A stretch of DNA of 54,695 bases, from the IMG/VR virus record IMGVR_UViG_3300009124_000017, positions 1 to 54,695 of that record. One strand, given 5' to 3'. The notes under the pieces were generated by a model. It did not search any database. It was not told the origin of the DNA and worked only from the letters and a program-made list of their open reading frames with translations. Both the position numbers and the translations under genes were made by a program. This DNA comes from a virus (taxonomy: Duplodnaviria > Caudoviricetes). Below, one piece after another: positions 11,301-19,081 of this stretch. Position 1 is the stretch's first letter, and the number at the start of each line of letters is the position of its first letter.

Positions 11301-14300
11301 GTAAATCTCTTGTTAGATACGTATCTTACATAGTATAGAGTCTGTGTAGAGATTGTAGAGGAAGTTCCACTTAGTTGTGGTAGTGAAGATCCTTGAATAC
11401 CATTTGCGACTCTAACAAATACTCTCTGGGAAGTCGTGTTTGGAGAAGGAACATCAAAGATGTGTGCAACAGAAGATTCAATCTCAGAAGCACCAACGAC
11501 ATTACACTTGTACTTATGTAGATCATAGTTGTTGTCAAGAACGAACGACTGCAGTTCAATCTGTACATCAGGATCAACAGAGTCAGTCTCTGGAGAATAC
11601 ATGTAGATACCTGCTGCTGCATTCTCAGGTGAGGTTGCAAGCATCAGTTTGTTAGTTGCAGTAGAGTCAAATACACCAGGATATTCTGCAGCGGTTACTG
11701 CAGTAATCTCAATCTCAAGATCTGCAGCACCCTGACCACCAATCTGTGCGTCAGAAATAACAACAATGTCTCCCTGTTGATATCTTGAACCACCATTTGC
11801 AATCGCATCAAGACTTAATGCAGTAGAACCAAGTTCGATAGAACCATCAGCATTAACAGTAATGTTAAAGCGTAAACCAGTTCCAGATGCTAATGCGGTT
11901 CCATCGGTGTCAATCTTAGGTTGTGCAACCAGTGAACGGTAAACACCAGCAGCACCTGCTCTGGTTGGATTAGAAGCAGTAAGACTTGTTCCTGCTGCTT
12001 CAGTTACAGTAATTACTTGATTAGATAGTGCAAAGTTTTCTGGATAGAGATTTCTACCAGGAGCAATAACATAATACTTGGTATTAGTATTAAATCCATT
12101 TGGAAGTCTGATAACTCTCTTATCTGGATTTTGTCCTGCAACTGGTTTTGGAACCAATCTTACAGGAGTTCCAGTCTCAAGATCGTGTGGGTTAGGATTA
12201 CCACCAACATTTCCAGTAGCAAGAGTGAATAGAGTTGCTCTGGAAGCAAGACCACTGAGATCAGAAGTAGGATCAACTCTGGTTACAGTAGAGAACGATG
12301 GTAAAGTCTTAGTGCCAGGAGCAGTACCATTAATAGCACCTGTAATAATAGCAGTCAGTGTAGTGATTGCTGTTGCAATATCTGCACAAGGAGGAGTTAC
12401 CAGAGCACCATTTGCATCATACTCAGGAGCAACATTAGTATCAATAGTTTGTGTTAGTCCATGATCTCCTTGAATAGCAATTGTCTGTTGACGCATTGCT
12501 TCAATTGCTAAGTCTCTTGCAATGTTAAATGCAGCAATTGATTCTGCCTCTTCACCTGCAACATGAGCACCAGTTAAATACAGAGTTGCTGCATCAAATA
12601 CCTGATTGTTGCCGCCAAACTTGATGTTATAAGCAATCGCAGCAAGAGTATTCTCAATGTCGTCTACACAGGCATCCTGAATAGTCTCACCAGTCGATGC
12701 TAACAGACCTTGACCCAGTTTAGTGCCAGCATATGCAGGGTCGTTAGCGACTCTGTAAACTGCTTCTGCAGCAATAAAACGCTTGTTAGCAATAATAGCA
12801 TTATACGCATCAGCTTCTCTACCACCAAGAATGGTATAACCTTCATTCAGAATCAGGAAGATTTGTTCAAAGTATCCAGCAATAGTTGTAGCAATATTCT
12901 GACACTCAGGAAGAGGATTACCAAACTCATCAAGTTGGGAATCTTGAGTAATTGTATCGTCGGTAGAAACTAAGATAGATGTCCAACCACCACTTGCTTC
13001 CATCTCAAAATAGAGATAAGCAGATGAATTTGATCCAATTGCTGGTTGTGTAGGACCACTGCTCAGTTTAGCACCAGCAACACCAAGTTCAATCTGAGTG
13101 TCGCTAATAATCTGCTTAACGAATACATTATTAGTAGGAATGTTTGTACCAATTGGAGTAGCACCTGCATTCAGTTTGCCATTGGTAAAGTCAGCGAGAG
13201 CATACTCTCTAACAGTCATGCCAACCAAAATACCTTCGGTTGAAGGAACTGTAACGATAGCAGAGTTTTCTACAATTTCTGCATCTCGTACAAGATAATC
13301 AAAGTTACGCATTGCTGCAATCATGATGTTCTTGACATAATCAAGAGCATCAATTGTCTCATTTAGTTCACCAGAGACATATGCAACATTGCCACCAATA
13401 AAGTAACCTTCTGCTGCCTGAATAGAGTTGATGTTACCACCAAGTCTCAAGTCATTGACAACAGCATCAACGAAGTATCCAATGTCTCTTTCGCACTTAC
13501 TGATGTTAATAGTTTCTTTGAGAGCAAGTGCTGGATACTTCTGGAGAATATACTGATATGCTTCAGATTGAATAAACTCTTTGTTTGCTTCAATCAAGTT
13601 AGCAGAGTCTTGGGCATAGTTATCAACATTAGCACTGGATGGTGTCAGTGTTTCAATGCCAACATTCCAAGACTTAAATCCATTTGGAGATAGCAGTGAA
13701 CTAAACTCGTTAGGACCAGTTGGTTCTGCAGGATATCTGTCAAGTGTTACATAAAGTCTTTCTTGACTTCTTGCACCAATTCTATAACCATTGATAGAAG
13801 TAGCGGGTCTGTTTTCTGGATCGTCTAAGTTATCTCCAGCAAGATAAACTTTAGTGTGATTTGATCTGGAGTTAGAACCATCAACATCTAAAGTATACCA
13901 CTGATTGATAGCAATGTTGTTCTCATTGATAGTCTCGGGAGGAACAATGTCAGTGATGTATCCACCTTTGTCCTGGTTAAAGGAGAATCCTTTGAAACCA
14001 ACAGAGTGTAGAGATGTGTTACCGAAGTTAGAGTTAGAGTTGGTGATCGACATGTCACCACCTGACTCCATCAGGAAGTGATCGAAGAAACCAACAGCGA
14101 AGACCGAGACGCACTGGATAAAGGAGTCATCAGAAGCACGGATGTGGAAGTTTCTCCAGTCATCTTTCCAGTATGCATCACCCTTGGTGTGGTAAGGGAT
14201 CGTAGCAAATGCATCAGTGAGTGATGCTTGGTTCCAGGTATTGGTAAGTCTGTCGTAACGGATGAATGCACGATCGTCTTTCTGTAGAGAAACACCCGTG

Positions 14301-17300
14301 TACTGAGCAACAACCATGGATTTGAATCCAGTTGCCTTGGATCCATCCGCCCACATACCGCACTGACCCCAGGTAGAGCGGATTGAGCAGTTGAAAACAT
14401 ACGGAGATGCGGACTCAACAGAGTCAATTTCCGCAAGAACTACCGCATTTGTGGAGACTCCACCAACTTCACCAGACAGATATGTCTGTCCAGTAACAAG
14501 TCCAAGTCCTGCTGCGGTATTGAATACCTCATACTTGAAGACTTTTGGATTATCTTGATCAATTTCCGTAACTTTCCACGTACCATTGATCTCATCAGAC
14601 AGTCCAGAATTGATAATTGCTACATACTGACTCTCGAAATAACCATGATCGATCTTTGTGGTAACAGTGATCTTGGTATATCCAAATGATGCGGTAAAGT
14701 TGATTGCTCCACTTCCGCTAATTGCTTGAGACAGAGTAACTGTAGTTCCAGCAATAGACTCAATTCTGGTATTTGGAGGAACAACTGCATTTACATCAGT
14801 TGATGTGATTTCATAACCAACTTCAAGTTCCGAAGCATTAATTACATTACTCAATACAGTTGAGTTGCTTGCATTACCAACGAAAGTAGTGGAATCATCT
14901 ACCTTCATGCTTTCAATGGTTCTGCTATCAGACAGAGGACCAACAATTCTGTTTTCCTGTACCAGTGCTTCCAGTCCACCCTCATCAATATCAGTTTGGA
15001 ACTGCTGGAATGCTTTGCCTACCTTATCATAGTAGTTATCAAGATCTGATTTGTCTGCATACTCCATGATGCAGATCTTGTGGTGAGAATATTCAGGAAT
15101 TGCAAGATCTGTCGAACCTTTCTTGAAGTAAACTTTACCTACACCAGCAGATGCATCATACAGAGGAGATTGTGCAGAGAGGTCACCATCTTTGATGGTA
15201 AACTGCCATAGATAACAACCACCAGTTAGATTAAAGATAGATGTTCTTGCCTGTGTAGTATCAGCAGGATCGGGAACATACAGAGGACGAACAACAGTTC
15301 TTCTGAGGTCGTAACCAATAAGTGAACAACCTCTGGGAACAATACAACCACCAGTTGCAGCGTTAAACTTGTAGAGAACGTTATCAGGGTTTGCAAGATC
15401 AACAATAGAGTTGTCCTGCCACTCTTCCAGTGCTCTGTTATAGTTAAAGGAAGGAAGAACACCTGTAACTTTGATGTCTGCTAAGTTATCAAGGTTTCCA
15501 ACTTCGATAACATCAGTTAAAATCTTAACGAGAGTATCGATAGTTGCCTGAACGTCTTGACAGGTAGCAATATTACCAGATCCAGCATAAGGAATGACTG
15601 CAGTATTTGCACCTGCATATGCAGGACCTTCGGAAATAGTCAGATCCTTAGCAAACAGAGTATTAGTAACTGCTGCTTTTGCCCAAGTTCCAATTGCTTT
15701 GAATGCAGTTACAGATTCTGCTTCTTCGCCAAGCAAACCATTGCTGATTGGGTTACCGAAGCGATCAAAGTATGCCTTAGCATTAGTGATGGTATTTGCG
15801 TTGCCTTCTGTACCAAGGTCATCAACCAGACCATCAACAATGTAACCAGCATCACGCTTACACTTAACTTCACCTGCAGGGATCAAGTCAGATGTAGTCT
15901 CGTCAGGAAGATTACCAAGATTCTCATCAGAAACAACTGTCGTGATGATGCTACCAAGGTTTGCAATCAGTGTCTGAACGTCAGCACATGCAGCAGGGTT
16001 TCCAGAAGGTAGATTCTCTTGTGGATTTGTGGTGCCATAAACTGCATCACCCTCAGTTAGAGTCAGATCTTTGTAGGTAAACAGTTGATTGGTAACTGCC
16101 ATCTGCATCTTAGCAACTGCTTCGTTGAATGCAGTGATAGACTCAGCAGTTTCACCCTGAAGACCATTAACTACCCAGTTATTACCAGTAGAGTCAAAGT
16201 AGTTTTGTGCCAGTTTTCTGGTGTAAACGTTGCCACCAGCAGCATGAACATCAAGTGCCAGTGCATCAATGAATAGTCCTGTGTCACGCTTGCACTTTGC
16301 TTCGCCATCAGGAATGATGTCAGAAACAACTTCAGCAGGAAGAACATCACTCAAAAGGAAGTTGCCATTGTTTGCAGCAAGATCTGCATCATTCATTACA
16401 ACAGGAACAATTGCATATAGATTGTCCATGTATGTCTGGACATCAGAACATGCATTTTCATCTGTGTTAGTAACAGTTCCAGTGCCATCATTGTAAGTAG
16501 GATCACCAGCAGTTACAGTGAGATCCTGATACTCGCTACCAGGAGCAGAAGTAGAAGTATATCTGTTAGTGATTGCTTCTTTCATCAGGTCAAGTGCATG
16601 ACCAAATGCAAATAGAGATGAATTCTCTTCACCACGAAGACCAGCATCTACCCAGTCAGTTCCTGCTTCGTTAAAATAGTTTTGTACAAACTTTCTGGTG
16701 TACTTATTACCACCGCCTTGATGAACATCAAGAGAAATAGCATCAATTAAGAAACCGATGTCACGAACACACTTAGTAGCATAGTTATCAGGAAGTGGAT
16801 TTGGTGGAACCAAACCATTCATGTAATCAAATGCATCCTGAGCAATTAGATCTCTGTTTCTTTGAATTAAACGATATGCATCTTTGTAACGTGACCACTC
16901 ACCAGTCTGTGCATCCTGAGGATAATAGAAGTCAGGATGATCAACAGAGATTTTTGCAACTGCTCTGTCAATGATCTCTTCTCTATTCTTCTGAATTAGT
17001 CTGTAAGAATCCTTGTAGCGAGACCACTCGCCAGTTTGAGGATCACCAGGATAGTAGAAATCAGGATGATCAACGGCAACTTGTGCTACTGCACGGTCAA
17101 TAACCTCCTGACGGTTTGCACGTAGAAGATTAGACGCATCAAAATAACGCTGCTCAACATCAACTTCTGTTACCAGACCAGGACGGTTGTCAATATAGTG
17201 GTTACCAGGCATCAGCATGATGCTGAACTGGTCGAATCTATCGTTGTTTGCACCAGGCAGATACGAATATCTGGAAACTTCAATAAATGCCCTTTGGATT

Positions 17301-17431
17301 GTCTTGAATGGACGTAGAGGTGAGTTACCTCTATTGTCTAATTCATCGGTAGCATTAAAGTCGTCTGGTGATACGTAGAGGTACTTTCCAGTCTTACTTG
17401 AATACAGGTTATCAAGTCTTGTTAAAGGCAT
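5348..17431 (-). CDS. Giant (4027 aa) virion/tail-fibre-like structural protein with five helical Cys-containing repeats
   Basis: N-terminus MPLTRLDNL..YLYVSPDDFNATD..GNSPLRPFKTIQRA is typical of cyanomyophage giant structural proteins; beta-rich G/T/N C-terminal third; late promoter upstream. Confidence 0.85.
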   Translation of the reverse strand: MPLTRLDNLYSSKTGKYLYVSPDDFNATDELDNRGNSPLRPFKTIQRAFIEVSRYSYLPGANNDRFDQFSIMLMPGNHYIDNRPGLVTEVDVEQRYFDASNLLRANRQEVIDRAVAQVAVDHPDFYYPGDPQTGEWSRYKDSYRLIQKNREEIIDRAVAKISVDHPDFYYPQDAQTGEWSRYKDAYRLIQRNRDLIAQDAFDYMNGLVPPNPLPDNYATKCVRDIGFLIDAISLDVHQGGGNKYTRKFVQNYFNEAGTDWVDAGLRGEENSSLFAFGHALDLMKEAITNRYTSTSAPGSEYQDLTVTAGDPTYNDGTGTVTNTDENACSDVQTYMDNLYAIVPVVMNDADLAANNGNFLLSDVLPAEVVSDIIPDGEAKCKRDTGLFIDALALDVHAAGGNVYTRKLAQNYFDSTGNNWVVNGLQGETAESITAFNEAVAKMQMAVTNQLFTYKDLTLTEGDAVYGTTNPQENLPSGNPAACADVQTLIANLGSIITTVVSDENLGNLPDETTSDLIPAGEVKCKRDAGYIVDGLVDDLGTEGNANTITNAKAYFDRFGNPISNGLLGEEAESVTAFKAIGTWAKAAVTNTLFAKDLTISEGPAYAGANTAVIPYAGSGNIATCQDVQATIDTLVKILTDVIEVGNLDNLADIKVTGVLPSFNYNRALEEWQDNSIVDLANPDNVLYKFNAATGGCIVPRGCSLIGYDLRRTVVRPLYVPDPADTTQARTSIFNLTGGCYLWQFTIKDGDLSAQSPLYDASAGVGKVYFKKGSTDLAIPEYSHHKICIMEYADKSDLDNYYDKVGKAFQQFQTDIDEGGLEALVQENRIVGPLSDSRTIESMKVDDSTTFVGNASNSTVLSNVINASELEVGYEITSTDVNAVVPPNTRIESIAGTTVTLSQAISGSGAINFTASFGYTKITVTTKIDHGYFESQYVAIINSGLSDEINGTWKVTEIDQDNPKVFKYEVFNTAAGLGLVTGQTYLSGEVGGVSTNAVVLAEIDSVESASPYVFNCSIRSTWGQCGMWADGSKATGFKSMVVAQYTGVSLQKDDRAFIRYDRLTNTWNQASLTDAFATIPYHTKGDAYWKDDWRNFHIRASDDSFIQCVSVFAVGFFDHFLMESGGDMSITNSNSNFGNTSLHSVGFKGFSFNQDKGGYITDIVPPETINENNIAINQWYTLDVDGSNSRSNHTKVYLAGDNLDDPENRPATSINGYRIGARSQERLYVTLDRYPAEPTGPNEFSSLLSPNGFKSWNVGIETLTPSSANVDNYAQDSANLIEANKEFIQSEAYQYILQKYPALALKETINISKCERDIGYFVDAVVNDLRLGGNINSIQAAEGYFIGGNVAYVSGELNETIDALDYVKNIMIAAMRNFDYLVRDAEIVENSAIVTVPSTEGILVGMTVREYALADFTNGKLNAGATPIGTNIPTNNVFVKQIISDTQIELGVAGAKLSSGPTQPAIGSNSSAYLYFEMEASGGWTSILVSTDDTITQDSQLDEFGNPLPECQNIATTIAGYFEQIFLILNEGYTILGGREADAYNAIIANKRFIAAEAVYRVANDPAYAGTKLGQGLLASTGETIQDACVDDIENTLAAIAYNIKFGGNNQVFDAATLYLTGAHVAGEEAESIAAFNIARDLAIEAMRQQTIAIQGDHGLTQTIDTNVAPEYDANGALVTPPCADIATAITTLTAIITGAINGTAPGTKTLPSFSTVTRVDPTSDLSGLASRATLFTLATGNVGGNPNPHDLETGTPVRLVPKPVAGQNPDKRVIRLPNGFNTNTKYYVIAPGRNLYPENFALSNQVITVTEAAGTSLTASNPTRAGAAGVYRSLVAQPKIDTDGTALASGTGLRFNITVNADGSIELGSTALSLDAIANGGSRYQQGDIVVISDAQIGGQGAADLEIEITAVTAAEYPGVFDSTATNKLMLATSPENAAAGIYMYSPETDSVDPDVQIELQSFVLDNNYDLHKYKCNVVGASEIESSVAHIFDVPSPNTTSQRVFVRVANGIQGSSLPQLSGTSSTISTQTLYYVRYVSNKRFTLHTTAADAESGDRALTFVSGTGVNFFVFADKRESPIRFDPEFTSDVNTTGLWYVNVEDESTVGSTGYNRYSILSRFHGGAEEADDYQTKTDPTLDTRYLRIEDGREKEDRVYRMRYVIPNYLETVRDPLNGFVLKTRTDDKRRLVPQRLLLRPIQGNPNTVASFYNPAGAGEQIGLTKSELIADQIRTIDPSVVDLLPEQQNLYDPYVSPKVLEFDSKIAGTIQSARKIIPPGESEEFLEVTLFDHTIVNQSVKNEIFTLVSVSNIQGGNFTANSTQSVPANRITWEVIEGSNKSSGSAYIQAVLDDITNSVKTLVLKNVEGIIEWNSNSTVQFKQSFPPAGNATTTDGGGNTIVLAEGDIIGRLVATPNSFGDPDIGLGLDGGKDKSLRENYLYRVEGANVYTAGYGDTITDDAGNGYYIADIDDQGDFDDTFYIFDIDTLQERIPNQQDGIYYLTCIRGNISPFPTGSGVGENFRNFKFSQPISQLYPINYKNDPLWFQYDGLTGTRDTSVLDVPQTYSAADNYVHGLVTVNDAKGSETKEGIEDIIKTSALNYFTYTNNTTDSNGDIIDNRIRAQEGNATSGSEDRLIPISGDSQFPTERKLYLELRRPSIARSGNHTFEYLGFGPGNYSTGFPLRQEVVLTDKQDFYAQAKREDGGIVFYTGLNSNGDLYIGNKKVNAITGEETFLESAELLDSEDEDEDIGSLVTTFDSPVTFNNTITVAGKATLNGPVEINVEPAEGDALRVQSKIETGDDQTLFRGSWRNVVDGDIVIAENRIKSAVFILNARPKLGGEAGQSYSFRTNYLAGEPSNIVPWQPTGQQYYTSQEVEYGAGNAPQPGDILFKGSSVNRSGSLGWIYSNQYNSIESQVFNITTDGSLNLTVNWIATVTNSSAGVGVNTKIRVVNFSNPVVNGTWNVRADGFDPNGTSFQFTIANALTTGITYSWADEGTGADIFASASNWKEVGVLGAEAIRTITDVRGDLRLGINTIARSNHAAVLTGNVDEFTDPRANLDVVGTAFISGKTLATYNASGDLTDNRYDDHDLNSDQREALTGTNLANQGFIPQDNALLVGGDSNDLEREATLRVSTSDVTTPVTSTYVNGGRLGINTTLGLTAEKELDRNFVVIGDGRITGNFLISDDISVDGGDINTTAGTFNFINDNATILNMFGDGQLINIANNTANDQTISIGGSTQNQVLRIGANAGTTLFSVHPQATNATVDIASVNDAATNACEVAIGGAYENTNSSTLLGTRQTIVAGTLEIGYNIAAGTGTARLFSQTKIARLFDDDRTTEVNAFLSANNLNLASLGGSTTIRNALNVQASLRADSNIILNGGTSAGIIEIVRGRFSTTPILHNTGSLDTPNIDFYKYNTTGRVIDTKGVAPWGGNADLQGGGQISGFDNVNTSDPSGLRVSGNYNFVFPTGGSGAGAAFDVNVAFDGTVTLTIVSTGTGYNDNELLTILDSSVGGGGAPNITLQINGVNDPGDVYILPISTPDATDFDIGDLLLLDRGNAASPDSVTVQGGGSITGLRDQAKSEIVRVVGLTNLTNPEDSDGFRIAVRRAQEGTGDPSTGEGWTDHPDGCIIAKLNKQAAASFITGVDGNNDDVLDEPRTGFGAGTTNVRMGVAEFGGVLTTQDFLRLSQSEFVGIADIISADVQVLQVNDGGDPAVVQFQVDSTTGDTILSGDLGVGQGYNKLTVDGSNGNTNIAGTLTVENTITLNGSTVTNTEFFKITNGGSDTVPLRTTFQIDSATGNLTMNGGNINIFGTDGTTPRLTFNNASGDFTTYGSFSALGDGTSTFGGPVEITGDLEVNGGDLVVNSGGTEVFAVDDDGSVNIAGITNYFSPTGGRKWEYSAESVINAEANVNYFLNVSGNTIVKLPTSAQMGDMIRIIDIGGTLTYNQSLVVRAPSLVSVQGTTSNTGGAMLGGVPTSQYTSTHSGGELVVQTPNAAFALVYAGTSTADGNPGAPASKAGWYLIEV
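16850..17120 (-). repeat. Intragenic tandem duplication of 43 codons
   Basis: VDHPDFYYPGDPQTGEWSRYKDSYRLIQKNR vs VDHPDFYYPQDAQTGEWSRYKDAYRLIQRNR. Confidence 0.9.
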
Positions 17432-17466
17432 AATTACCCAAGCCCAGTTGTCGTTTTCCTAAAGTT

Positions 17467-17474
17467 TATTTATA
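17467..17474 (-). promoter_or_regulatory. T4-type late promoter TATAAATA
   Basis: Exact consensus 35 nt upstream of the giant structural gene. Confidence 0.8.
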
Positions 17475-17494
17475 CGGCAGACGACGTTGTTAAA

Positions 17495-18091
17495 TCACAT
17501 TACTCGATGTTCAAGTCTTGCTGTTTGACCAAAACAGTTCCAAATAATGTGTTTTTGTCCAGATTTAACATCTGTGGATTTGTGAATAAAATATGGTCCA
17601 CATGGGAACATTAAAATACTACCTTTTTTAGGTTGAACTTTAAGTCTATCACTTAAAAATAATGTATTTCCACCATCAAAATTATCATTCAAATACAGTA
17701 TAAAAGATACTTTTAACTCCAGATCTGTATGTGATTTGTCTACATGCCAAACATAGTTGTCTTTAATATCATAAAAACGATATACAAAATTAGAGAGAAC
17801 GTCATATTCTCTCATAAGACAGTATCCTGCTAAAGGACAATCTACAAGATATTTGTTAAGGAACTCGTATCCAATTTTAAAGCACATATCTTCAATGTAC
17901 TTTATTTCTGGTTCATTGCGAAACATCGCAAAATAATGTGCGTCGTTTTTACGACGATCGTTTCTCTCATTTTGAATGAGATTACGACCTTTCATTTGTT
18001 TTGAACATACGTTAAAAATTTCGTCAACTGTTTCATCAGTTACTGCATTTTCGTATTCGTAAATCCACTGTGTGTGTTTGATTAAATTCAT
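17495..18091 (-). CDS. 2OG-Fe(II) oxygenase (prolyl-4-hydroxylase-like)
   Basis: WHVD...SFILYLND.FDGGNT.F...P.KG..LMFP...H..T.V.SG.K motif set. Confidence 0.85.
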   Translation of the reverse strand: MNLIKHTQWIYEYENAVTDETVDEIFNVCSKQMKGRNLIQNERNDRRKNDAHYFAMFRNEPEIKYIEDMCFKIGYEFLNKYLVDCPLAGYCLMREYDVLSNFVYRFYDIKDNYVWHVDKSHTDLELKVSFILYLNDNFDGGNTLFLSDRLKVQPKKGSILMFPCGPYFIHKSTDVKSGQKHIIWNCFGQTARLEHRVM

Positions 18092-18092
18092 A

Positions 18093-18174
18093 TGTCGCTG
18101 AGAGGACTTGAACCTCCACGAATTACTTCACTGGAACCTAAACCCAGCGCGTCTACCAATTCCGCCACAACGAC
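18093..18174 (-). tRNA. tRNA-Leu (UAG)
   Basis: GTCGTTGTGGCGGAATTGGTAGACGCGCTGGGT-TTAGG-TTCCAG..GTTCAAGTCC..; long variable arm. Confidence 0.9.
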
Positions 18175-18177
18175 GAA

Positions 18178-18250
18178 CTCCTCCACCTGGGCTCGAACCA
18201 GGGACATTCTGATTAACAGTCAGACGCTCTACCGACTGAGCTATAGAGGA
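18178..18250 (-). tRNA. tRNA-Asn (GUU)
   Basis: Cloverleaf TCCTCTATAGCTCAGTCGGTAGAGCGTCTGACT-GTT-AATCAGA..GGTTCGAGCCC. Confidence 0.92.
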
Positions 18251-18254
18251 ATGA

Positions 18255-18764
18255 TTAATGTCCCCAAATTTGAATCGTAAAACGACATTCGGGAACATTA
18301 AATGATACTGGAGTTACCATATGGTCTTCATGATTATCATTGACTACCATAGTGTTTTTTTGAGGAACAAAGGCATTCATGTTGCCTGTGTTTTTTTGTT
18401 CTTCAGTTTGATAAAGAAAAATTCCTCCTCCATTGATATACCATTTTTCGTTTAGGTATATTGTAGCACCAAATTTCTTTCCTTGGTCATTATGCCATGC
18501 AATTGCTGACATAGGTTGCCAAACATAAAACTGAACAACAGTTTTATCGAATGGAGGAACATTGTGCTTTACTTCATCTAAAATACGAGTTTTTAGATTT
18601 TCAGGTATCAAAGTAGAAATACAACTACCTTGGATACCTTGATTTAAAGGAGGTGTCCAAGTCAAACTACTTGAAGACCATACTTGATATGGTATTAATT
18701 GTTTGATAGTGCTTAAGCACTCTTGATATAAATTATCACTTAGAACATTATTAATGATTTTCAC
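18255..18764 (-). CDS. 2OG-Fe(II) oxygenase inserted in the tRNA cluster
   Basis: WHND..GATIYLN..W...GG.F...P.KN.MV...H.VTPV...RFTIQ. Start reassigned to GTG at 18764 (SD AGGAGG) because the longer ORF overlaps tRNA-Ala. Confidence 0.8.
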   Translation of the reverse strand: MKIINNVLSDNLYQECLSTIKQLIPYQVWSSSSLTWTPPLNQGIQGSCISTLIPENLKTRILDEVKHNVPPFDKTVVQFYVWQPMSAIAWHNDQGKKFGATIYLNEKWYINGGGIFLYQTEEQKNTGNMNAFVPQKNTMVVNDNHEDHMVTPVSFNVPECRFTIQIWGH

Positions 18765-18804
18765 ATTAACCTCCTGGTTATGTTCGCTATTCGCAAATAG
18801 CGAA

Positions 18805-18877
18805 TGGAGAATAGGAGACTCGAACTCCTGACAGCCTGCTTGCAAAGCAGGTGCTCTACCAACTGAGCTAATTCCCC
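18805..18877 (-). tRNA. tRNA-Ala (UGC)
   Basis: GGGGAATTAGCTCAGTTGGTAGAGCACCTGCTT-TGC-AAGCAGG..GTTCGAGTC. Confidence 0.93.
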
Positions 18878-18954
18878 TGGAGCCACAAGTCGGACTTGAA
18901 CCGACGACCTACGGTTTACAAAACCGTTGCTCTATCCAGCTGAGCTATAGTGGC
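18878..18954 (-). tRNA. tRNA-Thr (UGU), CCA encoded
   Basis: GCCACTATAGCTCAG..ACGGTTT-TGT-AAACCGT..GGTTCAAGTCC..GTGGCTCCA. Confidence 0.93.
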
Positions 18955-19007
18955 GAATGCTAATGTAGGACTTACAAGGCAGCGTCTGCTGATGCCTACA
19001 TTAACAA

Positions 19008-19081
19008 CGGGACTGAAGGGACTTGAACCCTCGACTTCCTGCGTGACAGGCAGGCGCTCTAACCGACTGAGCTACAACCCC
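19008..19081 (-). tRNA. tRNA-Asp (GUC)
   Basis: GGGGTTGTAGCTCAGTCGGTTAGAGCGCCTGCCT-GTC-ACGCAGG..GGTTCAAGTCC. Confidence 0.93.

Noticed and set aside
5639-16496. Many short ORFs inside the giant gene
   Set aside because: Antisense or off-frame shadows with no start signals or motifs
18093-18174. Suppressor tRNA or stop-codon recoding
   Set aside because: The UAG anticodon reads CUA (Leu); genes are intact under the standard code and TAG is used as a normal stop
18092-18280. 62-aa + strand ORF
   Set aside because: Antisense to tRNA-Leu and tRNA-Asn
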